Of a stretch of DNA of 35,237 bases, positions 24,754 to 32,007 are shown piece after piece. A model generated the notes under the pieces. That model did no database searches. It was not told the DNA's origin and saw only the letters and a list, made by a program, of their open reading frames with translations. The position numbers were made by a program, and so were the translations under genes. The stretch lies in assembly GCA_903953065.1 (NCBI GenBank), contig CAJBIG010000075.1:1-35237 (forward strand), given 5' to 3'. Source of the stretch: an uncultured Solirubrobacterales bacterium. GTDB taxonomy: Bacteria; Actinomycetota; Thermoleophilia; Solirubrobacterales; Solirubrobacteraceae. Within the stretch, counting starts at the first letter, position 1. The number at the start of each line of letters is the position of its first letter.

Positions 24754-26250
24754 TTGATCGCGCCCAACCGACCGCCTCCTGTGACTACAGCCCCCTCTTC
24801 GCTCAACTTGATTTCACGCGCACAATCGCTGCCGTGGCCGACGATCCTGCTCGGGGTTCTGATCGTCATCGTTGCGGCGGGGACGATCGTCTTCCCGACC
24901 TACACCGCGTATGACGCGACCTACTCGCTGCTCTGGGGGCGCGAGATCCTTGACGGGCAGCTGCCGGTTTTCGCCACCTACCGGTCCCCAACGGAGCACC
25001 CCTTGGGTTTGGTCTTCGGCGTCTTCTTCGCCGCCTTCGGTCGCGCTGGCGATCGTTTGATGCTGCTCGCCACGATGGGCAGCTTCGTCCTAATGGTCGT
25101 CGCCCTCAATCAGCTTGCACGCAACTCGTTTACGGTGCTGGTAGGGCTCGCCGCGGCAGCGCTTCTCTGTACGCGCTTCGATTTTCCGTTCCTCGCGGCG
25201 CGCGCGTACATCGACATTCCCTACCTCGCGCTGCTGCTTTGGGCGGCCGCGTTGGAGGTAGCAAAGCCGCGCCGAGGAGCGGTTGTTTTCTGGCTGCTGG
25301 CGCTGGCCGGGCTGCTGAGGCCGGAGGCTTGGATCATCGCCGGGATCTATTGGCTTTGGCTCTTCCCCGGGCTCTCTTGGCGTAAGCGGGTCGAATTCGC
25401 GATGCTCGTCGCCGCCGCGCCACTGATCTGGTCTGGGGTTGACTACATCGTTACTGGCGACCCGTTCTTCTCCCAGACGCATACGACGGATTGGACGGCG
25501 GCGAACGGCCGAAACAAGTCGGCTGGCGCGGTTCCGGGCCAAACGGTGCTCTTCTTCAGTCAACTGCTGAAGCTCCCGGTCATGGTCGCCGGGCTTATCG
25601 GCATTGGTCTTGCCAGCTGGCTCGTGCCGCAGCGCGTGCGAGTGCCGCTGGCGCTCTTTCTGATCGGACTGTTCACGTTCGTATTGCTCGCGCTTGGGCA
25701 GTTCTCGGTTATCAGCCGCTACCTGCTGCTGCCGTCGATCATGCTGATGATCTTCGCGGCGTTCGTTGTCGCCGGTTTCACAGTCATCGAAGAAGGCCGT
25801 GTGCGCAAGTATTGGTCGGCCGCATCTGCGGTCGCTGTGGTCGCTTTGATTGTTTGGACGATCGTCCGCGTCAACGTTGGCGTTCTCGTTTCGGAGCTGA
25901 AATTCCGCGGTGATTCGGTGCGCGCTCTGACCAGCCTTCTCGACCGGCCTGACGTTCGCGCAGTCGCCAAATGTGGCCCCGTGCTGACGAGCAACCACCG
26001 CCTCGTGCCTTCGGTGCGCTGGATCATGGACCTTCCACCAGATCAGGTTGTCCCGCGCAGCGACGTGCAGGTCTCATCGAAGGTGAAGGAAGGGATAGTC
26101 GTGCTCGCAGCCGGACGGGCGGTGCTTCTGCGCGGCGGGCTCGACCGCGAGAACCCGGTTGCCGCGGATACCCTGCGCAACCTTCCGCCGGTCGGCTACC
26201 GCCCGATTGCGGCCAACGATCTCTATTCGGTGTACGGGCGCTGTCGGTGA
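24754..26250 (+). CDS. Polytopic membrane protein, putative GT-C-fold (ArnT/PMT_2-like) glycosyltransferase
   Basis: 498 aa with more than 10 TM helices. The first extracytoplasmic loop, YTAYDATYSLLWGREILDG....TEHPLGLVFGVFFAAFG, resembles the D(E)..Y...a / (K/H)PPL...lfG pattern of GT39/GT83 enzymes. A large C-terminal soluble segment is present. The start is TTG 24754 or GTG 24781. Confidence 0.55.
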   Translation: MIAPNRPPPVTTAPSSLNLISRAQSLPWPTILLGVLIVIVAAGTIVFPTYTAYDATYSLLWGREILDGQLPVFATYRSPTEHPLGLVFGVFFAAFGRAGDRLMLLATMGSFVLMVVALNQLARNSFTVLVGLAAAALLCTRFDFPFLAARAYIDIPYLALLLWAAALEVAKPRRGAVVFWLLALAGLLRPEAWIIAGIYWLWLFPGLSWRKRVEFAMLVAAAPLIWSGVDYIVTGDPFFSQTHTTDWTAANGRNKSAGAVPGQTVLFFSQLLKLPVMVAGLIGIGLASWLVPQRVRVPLALFLIGLFTFVLLALGQFSVISRYLLLPSIMLMIFAAFVVAGFTVIEEGRVRKYWSAASAVAVVALIVWTIVRVNVGVLVSELKFRGDSVRALTSLLDRPDVRAVAKCGPVLTSNHRLVPSVRWIMDLPPDQVVPRSDVQVSSKVKEGIVVLAAGRAVLLRGGLDRENPVAADTLRNLPPVGYRPIAANDLYSVYGRCR

Positions 26251-26281
26251 GCGCGGCCTCCTAGGCCTATCCTGAGCGACA

Positions 26282-27412
26282 ATGGAGAGCCCAGTCTCAA
26301 CGCGCGACCAGCGGCTGCTAACCAAGGCAATCGAGCTTGGCCGCAGAGGCATCGGTAACGTCAGCCCAAATCCGCAAGTCGGTGCCGTGATCGCCAGGGA
26401 TGGCGAGGTTCTTGGCGAGGGTTGGCACGAGCGTTACGGGGGCCCTCACGCTGAGGTGAATGCGATTGCCGATTGCGGCGACGCCGACCTAACTGGCGCA
26501 ACGCTCTACGTCTCGCTTGAGCCCTGCTGCCATCAGGGCCAGCAGCCACCCTGCACCGATGCGATTACCGCAGCCGGCATCGCACGAGTGGTGGTCGCGA
26601 GTGATGATCCGACCGAGAAGGCAAGCGGTCGCGGGCTGGGAATCCTCCGCGATGAGGGCGTCGATGTTGAAGTCGTTAGCGGCGAATTGGCTGCGACGGC
26701 AAGACTTGAGAACCAGGCCTTCCGCAAACATGCGCGCAGCGGAAAGCCTTGGGTTCTCTTCAAGTCAGCGATGAGTATCGATGGCAAGGTCGCCACGAGG
26801 GAAGGCGATTCGCAATGGATCTCCGATGCCAGCAGCAGAGAGCTGGTTCACCTCTGGCGAGCCGAGGTCGACGCAGTCGCCGTTGGAATAGGAACGGCCA
26901 TGGCCGACGATCCGCAGCTCACGGCCCGAACTCCAGCCGTTGGAAAACAGCCACGCCGAATTGTTTTCGATTCGGACGGCCGGCTGCCGCTCGATTCGCA
27001 GCTCGTCGCCGGGGCGCCGGAGCTGGAGCTGGTCGTGATCGTCACGCGCGCTGCTCCTCGGAGCGCCGTTGAGGCACTTGAATCGGCCGGCGCTCAGGTG
27101 ATCGTCGTCAGCGGCGAGAACGAGCCACTTCGGATCAGCGACGCTCTGACTCAGCTGGGGAATCTCGATCCGCCGGTGATGGCGATGATGCTCGAAGGTG
27201 GGCCCCACTTGGCCGGCGCCTTCTTCGACGCGGGCGAGATCGACGAAGTTCGGCTCTTCATTGCACCGCTCGTGCTCGGCGGCTCGACTGCACGTGATCC
27301 GGTCGAGGGGATGGGGGTTACGCTGATCGCCGATGCGACCCGCGCGCTGTCGCTGACGGCCGAGCCGGTCGCTGATGACATCTTGTTGACGGCACGACTG
27401 CGAGAGTGGTGA
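26282..27412 (+). CDS. ribD: Bifunctional diaminohydroxyphosphoribosylaminopyrimidine deaminase / 5-amino-6-(5-phosphoribosylamino)uracil reductase
   Basis: 376 aa. Deaminase zinc motifs HAEVNAI and PCCHQGQQPPC. C-terminal reductase domain (KSAMSIDGKVA, GGPHLAGAFF). Confidence 0.93.
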   Translation: MESPVSTRDQRLLTKAIELGRRGIGNVSPNPQVGAVIARDGEVLGEGWHERYGGPHAEVNAIADCGDADLTGATLYVSLEPCCHQGQQPPCTDAITAAGIARVVVASDDPTEKASGRGLGILRDEGVDVEVVSGELAATARLENQAFRKHARSGKPWVLFKSAMSIDGKVATREGDSQWISDASSRELVHLWRAEVDAVAVGIGTAMADDPQLTARTPAVGKQPRRIVFDSDGRLPLDSQLVAGAPELELVVIVTRAAPRSAVEALESAGAQVIVVSGENEPLRISDALTQLGNLDPPVMAMMLEGGPHLAGAFFDAGEIDEVRLFIAPLVLGGSTARDPVEGMGVTLIADATRALSLTAEPVADDILLTARLREW

Positions 27413-27414
27413 GC

Positions 27415-28005
27415 ATGTTCACTGGGCTGATCGAGGACTTGGGTGAGCTGAGCGTGCTCGAAAGCAATGAGCTGGGCGCGCGGCTGACTATCCGCAGCGT
27501 GCTTGCAGCGCAGCTTTCGGAGGGTGATTCGGTCGCCGTCAATGGCGTCTGCCTCACGGCAACCGGGATCGGCGTCGAGAGCTTCTCTGCCGACGCGATG
27601 AACGAGACTCTTAGCCGCAGCTCGCTCGGGACGGCCGAGCCGGGCTCGTCGCTCAACCTTGAGCTTCCGGTCCGGGCCAACGGCCACCTCGGCGGCCACA
27701 TCGTCCAAGGCCACATAGATGGCGTCGGCACGATCGCCACGACGCGTGAGGACGGAATAGCCCTTGTTCTAACGGTTTCCGCCGCCCCTGAGCTGCTCCG
27801 CTACGTTGCCGAGAAGGGTTCGATTGCCGTAGACGGGGTTTCGCTGACGGTCGCGAGGGTTGATGATGCCGGCTTCGATGTTTGGCTAATTCCGGAGACA
27901 ACACAGCGAACCAATCTCGGCGCAGCTGAGCCGGGCCGTACAGTCAACCTCGAAGTTGACATCCTCGCCAAGTACGTCGAACGGCTTCTCTCAACGACCA
28001 AATGA
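27415..28005 (+). CDS. ribE: Riboflavin synthase (alpha chain)
   Basis: MFTGLIEDLG N-terminus. Internal duplication with GDSVAVNGVCLT and GSIAVDGVSLT. ATG 27415 follows the ribD stop by 2 nt. Confidence 0.93.
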   Translation: MFTGLIEDLGELSVLESNELGARLTIRSVLAAQLSEGDSVAVNGVCLTATGIGVESFSADAMNETLSRSSLGTAEPGSSLNLELPVRANGHLGGHIVQGHIDGVGTIATTREDGIALVLTVSAAPELLRYVAEKGSIAVDGVSLTVARVDDAGFDVWLIPETTQRTNLGAAEPGRTVNLEVDILAKYVERLLSTTK

Positions 28006-29303
28006 CCAATTCCGCTGAAACCGATTACCGCTTCGCGACCGTCGACGAGGCGCTTGCCGACATTGCTGCCGGCAAGATGATCGTCGTTGTCGATGACGAG
28101 GACCGCGAAAACGAGGGCGACCTCGTGATGGCGGCTGAGCACGTCACGCCGGACGCGATCAACTTCATGGCTACGAATGCGCGCGGCTGGATCTGCCTTG
28201 CGCTGACGCCGGAGCGCTGCGCTGAACTCGACCTTGAGCTGATGACCTCAAAGAACGAGACGCCTTACGAGACACCGTTCACGGTCACGATCGAAGCTCG
28301 CGAAGGGGTCACAACGGGAATCAGCGCCGCCGACCGCGCACAGACAATCCGCGTTGCCAGCGACCCATCCAACGGCCCCGAAGCGATCGTCAAGGGTGGG
28401 CACGTGAACCCGCTCAAAGCGAAGCCTGGTGGCGTTCTTGAGCGCACAGGCCACACTGAGGCAAGCGTTGATCTAGCTCGTCTTGCCGGCTGCACGCCGG
28501 CCGGCGTGATCTGCGAAATCATGAACGACGACGGCTCGATGGCCCGCGTTGATGACCTCAAGACTTACTGCGAGCTCCATCAGCTGAAGATGCTGACGAT
28601 CGCTGACCTGATCGCTTACAGGCGCAGAAATGACAAGCTTGTTGAGCGCGTCGTATCGACGACAATGCCGACCGCCTTTGGCGATTTCACCGTCGTCGGT
28701 TACCGATCTCTCGTAGATGACAAGCACCACGTTGCGCTCGTCAAGGGCGACGTCGCAGGTAAGGAGGACGTGATCGTTCGCGTCCACTCGGAATGTTTGA
28801 CCGGCGATGTTTTTCACTCACTCCGCTGCGACTGCGGCGATCAGCTTGAAGCTGCGCTGGCCGTTATTGAAGAGGAGGGGCAGGGAGTCTTGCTCTATCT
28901 CGCTCAAGAGGGAAGGGGAATTGGACTTCTCAACAAGCTGAAGGCCTACAAACTTCAGGAGGAGGGATACGACACGGTCGACGCCAATCTCAAGCTTGGT
29001 CTGCCCGCCGACCTTCGCGACTATGGAATCGGCGCGCAGATCCTCGTCGATCTCGGGCTCAGCTCGATTCGCATCCTCACCAACAACCCAAAGAAGATTC
29101 ACGGCCTAGAGGGCTACGGGCTCTCTGTCAGTGAGCAGCTGCCGATCGAACCTGCGTCGAACGCGCACAATGAGGAGTACCTCGAGACGAAGAGGCGCCG
29201 GATGGGCCACACGCTCCATCACCAAGGACTCAATCTCGACGAGGAGATGATTCACGCCGAGCGCGAACAGGACAGAACTGCGGAGGAAGTCGGCGATGAG
29301 TGA
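28002..29303 (+). CDS. ribBA: Bifunctional 3,4-dihydroxy-2-butanone-4-phosphate synthase / GTP cyclohydrolase II
   Basis: 433 aa. DDEDRENEGDLV (DHBP synthase) and HSECLTGDVFHSLRCDCG (GCH II zinc site). ATGA overlap with ribE. Confidence 0.95.
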   Translation: MTNSAETDYRFATVDEALADIAAGKMIVVVDDEDRENEGDLVMAAEHVTPDAINFMATNARGWICLALTPERCAELDLELMTSKNETPYETPFTVTIEAREGVTTGISAADRAQTIRVASDPSNGPEAIVKGGHVNPLKAKPGGVLERTGHTEASVDLARLAGCTPAGVICEIMNDDGSMARVDDLKTYCELHQLKMLTIADLIAYRRRNDKLVERVVSTTMPTAFGDFTVVGYRSLVDDKHHVALVKGDVAGKEDVIVRVHSECLTGDVFHSLRCDCGDQLEAALAVIEEEGQGVLLYLAQEGRGIGLLNKLKAYKLQEEGYDTVDANLKLGLPADLRDYGIGAQILVDLGLSSIRILTNNPKKIHGLEGYGLSVSEQLPIEPASNAHNEEYLETKRRRMGHTLHHQGLNLDEEMIHAEREQDRTAEEVGDE

Positions 29304-29730
29304 GCGCTACGCGATCGTTTGCGCGCAGTTCTATTCCGAATTGGCCGAGCGTCTGACCTCGAGCGCGCAGGCAGCGTTTGTCGAGGCTGGATGTGACGAG
29401 GCAGAGTGCTTTGAAGTTCCGGGCGCCTTCGAACTGCCGGCAGCGGCGAAGCTTTGCGCTCAGTCCGGCCGCTTTGCCGGCGTTGCCTGCCTTGGTGCCG
29501 TGATCCGTGGCGAAACAGACCACTACGACTACGTTTGCGCCGAAGCCGCGCGTGGAATCCAGAGCGTGTCGCTGGACACCGGCGTGCCCTGTTCATTTGG
29601 CGTGCTGACCGTCGACACATTCGATCAAGCGCTCGAGCGCTCCGGTGGCGGGGTTCGAGACGCAGGCCGCAACGCCGCCAACGCTGTGCTGGCATTGCAG
29701 CGCGTCCGTTCGCAGCTCGCTTCTCAGTAA
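29296..29730 (+). CDS. ribH: 6,7-dimethyl-8-ribityllumazine synthase
   Basis: 144 aa. VPGAFELP and GAVIRGETDHYDYV motifs. 8-nt overlap with the ribBA stop. Confidence 0.92.
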   Translation: MSERYAIVCAQFYSELAERLTSSAQAAFVEAGCDEAECFEVPGAFELPAAAKLCAQSGRFAGVACLGAVIRGETDHYDYVCAEAARGIQSVSLDTGVPCSFGVLTVDTFDQALERSGGGVRDAGRNAANAVLALQRVRSQLASQ

Positions 29731-29776
29731 TTTCCGCACTGGCAGAGAGCGGGGCGCGTCGCTAAGCTTTCTGGCA

Positions 29777-30100
29777 ATGAGCGGCCAGACAATCGCCTTA
29801 CTGATAACCGGTCTTTCTCACGTCGGCGCGGCGGCGATTCTTGTCGCGATGCTAGTCCGCTTGGGTGGCGCTCGCCCGCAAGATCTGCGCGACTGGTGGG
29901 ACAGCGACGGCGGCTCCGGCAGCGGCCCCGATGATCGGCCGGCGGGCGGCCCGAGTGGTAGCGGAATTCCGCTACCTGACGCGCAGCCAAGCTCCGTCCG
30001 TCTGCGTGGTCCGGGCAGCATCGCCGGTGTCTCCAGCGCTCCGCGCCGTGCGCCTCATCGGCGCCAGGCGCCGCAGCGTGACTCGGAACCTGCCAGCTGA
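29777..30100 (+). CDS. Hypothetical small membrane protein (one TM helix plus a Gly/Ser/Pro/Arg-rich disordered tail)
   Basis: 107 aa from ATG 29777. The TM segment is IALLITGLSHVGAAAILVAMLV. Third-position GC is about 69% by hand count, similar to ribH. There are competing ORFs in other frames and no family was recognised. Confidence 0.4.
   Translation: MSGQTIALLITGLSHVGAAAILVAMLVRLGGARPQDLRDWWDSDGGSGSGPDDRPAGGPSGSGIPLPDAQPSSVRLRGPGSIAGVSSAPRRAPHRRQAPQRDSEPAS
29957..29976. repeat. Perfect 20-bp palindrome GGTAGCGGAATTCCGCTACC (centred on GAATTC)
   Basis: Read directly from the sequence: positions 29957-29966 are the exact reverse complement of 29967-29976. It does not extend further (T/T mismatch at 29956/29977). 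Confidence 0.95.
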
Positions 30101-30120
30101 CCGCTACACTGCGCAACGCA

Positions 30121-30312
30121 ATGGCCAAGGTATGTTTCAGCTGCAACAAGGGACCCGCATTCGGTAACAGCCGAAGCCACTCGATGGTTGCTACTCGCCG
30201 TCGTTTTAACCCGAACTTGCAGAAGGTGCGGATCGTCGTCGAGGGTGCACCTCGCCGCGAATACGTCTGCACGCGCTGCCTCAAGGCCGACAAGGTCCAG
30301 AAGGCCCTTTAG
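30121..30312 (+). CDS. rpmB: 50S ribosomal protein L28 (Cys-containing, zinc-ribbon form)
   Basis: 63 aa. MAKVCFSCNKGPAFGNSRSHSMVATRRRFNPNLQKVRI... is typical L28. Both CxxC pairs are present (CFSC, CTRC). Confidence 0.93.
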   Translation: MAKVCFSCNKGPAFGNSRSHSMVATRRRFNPNLQKVRIVVEGAPRREYVCTRCLKADKVQKAL

Positions 30313-30325
30313 GCTCTGCGGCGTA

Positions 30326-31993
30326 GTGCCGCAATCGAATTCCAGTTCCAGCCTGCTGCGCTTCCGAGCAATCCTCGGCGGCGCCTTGCTCGCGCTGGAG
30401 GAGCGGCGCTCCGAGATCAACGACCTCAACGTCTTCCCGGTCGCCGACGGCGACACCGGCGACAACATGGTGCTGACGATCGAGGGCTGCCTTGCCGAGC
30501 TTGATCGCCTCGCCGAAGAGTCCGGCGAGCGCTCTCTTGATGAGATCGGCCGCGAGGAGATTGTCGATCTTGTAGCTCGTGCAGCGCTGCTCAGCGCCAG
30601 AGGCAACAGTGGCGTGATTCTCTCGCAGTTGATTCGTGGCGCCGCAGAGGAGCTGATCTCGCGACCCGGAGTATTGGTGGACCCAGTGCTGATCGCGCTC
30701 GCGATGCAGCGCGCCGCAGAGCGTGCCTACGCCTCCGTCCGCGAGCCAGCGGAGGGAACAATTTTGACAGTGATGGCCGATATGGCGACCGCTGTGACAG
30801 CGGCGCTGGAGCAAATTGCGCCGATGCCGGCGGACGCCACGCCAGATCAGCAGAACGCGCGAATCGCCGAGCTGCTCGAGATCGCCGTGATAGCAGGGGA
30901 AGAGTCGGTGCGACGCGGACCCGAGCTGCTTCCCGTCTTGAAGGCTGCTGGCGTCGTTGATTCCGGTGGCTATGGCGTTGTCGTCCTCTTTGCCGGCTGC
31001 GTCACGGCGCTACGCGGCGAGCAGGGGCTGTCGGTCGCTCATCACGTCGCGCCGGCGCGCTCGAGCGAGCCACAACACGAGTCTTCAACATTCCGTTTCT
31101 GCACCAACTTTGCCGTCACGGCAACTACCGCGGATCGGCTGGCGACTTCGGAGCAGTACATCGCGCAGCTCGAAGAGCTCGGTGATTCGGTGCTCGTCGT
31201 CGGCGATCAGGTGACCTTGCGCGTCCACGTTCACACCGACGAGCCGGCGGCCGCGACGGCGCTCTTCGCCGAGGTCGGACAGGTTTCGCGGCTTGATGTT
31301 GCCGACATGTCGGCGCAGATCGCTGATCGTGAGGAGCGGCTCGCGAGCGAACCAGCAGTCCGCTCTCGCTGCGGCACGCTGGCAATCGTCGCCGGTGACG
31401 GAATTGCCCAGCTCTACCGCTCTCTCGGCGCACACGTTCTCGATGGCGGCGAAACGCTCAACCCTTCTACCTACGAGATCCTTGCCGGCATTCACAGCGT
31501 CCCGGCAGATGAGGTCGTCGTGCTGCCCAACAGCCGCAATGTCTTCATGGCTGCCCAGGCGGCTGCCGAGATGTCAGAGCGAACCGTTCACGTTGCCCAA
31601 TCGAGCGAGATGCAGGCCGGGCTCGCGGCGCTCGTGGCCTCTCGCCCAGAGCGTTCCGCAGCAGAGAACGCTGCCGAAATTGACGCACTGCTGGTGCACG
31701 TTCGAAGCGGCAGCGTCGCGCGAGCCGCTCGCGCTGACGGCGAGGGGAGATTCGCGGAAGGTGACGCGGTCGGTTATGTCGGCGAGGAGCTGGTCGCTTG
31801 GGGTGAGCCGGAAGCGACGCTTGGCGCGGTAATCGAGGCGTTGGCGCAGGGGAGCGAACTGCTGACGGTTATCGCAGGCGTCGGCGCGCCAATAGATCAA
31901 GCCGGCGTCCGCAGTTTGGCCCCCGCAGCACTTGAACTTGAGCAGCACGAGGGCGGCCAACTTAGCCGCTGGTGGCTGTTGTCCGCTGAATAG
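30326..31993 (+). CDS. DAK2 domain fusion protein (YloV-like; DhaL-type domain plus DegV/Dak-phosphatase-like C-terminal domain)
   Basis: INDLNVFPVADGDTGDNM DAK2 signature near the N-terminus, at about 555 aa. The rpmB-yloV-recG order is widely conserved. The start is set at GTG 30326, just after the rpmB stop, because the track ORF start (30188) overlaps rpmB. Confidence 0.85.
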   Translation: MPQSNSSSSLLRFRAILGGALLALEERRSEINDLNVFPVADGDTGDNMVLTIEGCLAELDRLAEESGERSLDEIGREEIVDLVARAALLSARGNSGVILSQLIRGAAEELISRPGVLVDPVLIALAMQRAAERAYASVREPAEGTILTVMADMATAVTAALEQIAPMPADATPDQQNARIAELLEIAVIAGEESVRRGPELLPVLKAAGVVDSGGYGVVVLFAGCVTALRGEQGLSVAHHVAPARSSEPQHESSTFRFCTNFAVTATTADRLATSEQYIAQLEELGDSVLVVGDQVTLRVHVHTDEPAAATALFAEVGQVSRLDVADMSAQIADREERLASEPAVRSRCGTLAIVAGDGIAQLYRSLGAHVLDGGETLNPSTYEILAGIHSVPADEVVVLPNSRNVFMAAQAAAEMSERTVHVAQSSEMQAGLAALVASRPERSAAENAAEIDALLVHVRSGSVARAARADGEGRFAEGDAVGYVGEELVAWGEPEATLGAVIEALAQGSELLTVIAGVGAPIDQAGVRSLAPAALELEQHEGGQLSRWWLLSAE

Positions 31994-32007
31994 TTGACGA
32001 TTAGCCG

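Noticed and set aside
21544-26281. The glycosylation module as a mobile genomic island.
   Set aside because: No integrase, transposase, tRNA attachment site or flanking direct repeats were visible, and GC content does not look obviously different by eye. It can only be called an accessory insertion relative to remembered synteny, not a mobile element.
30188-30325. Upstream part of the YloV-like track ORF overlapping rpmB in another frame.
   Set aside because: rpmB is unambiguous. The DAK2 homology starts about 30 residues after GTG 30326. A 6-bp hairpin (TGCGGC-GTAGT-GCCGCA, 30318-30334) spans this start, but it is short and has no U-tract, so I do not call it a terminator.
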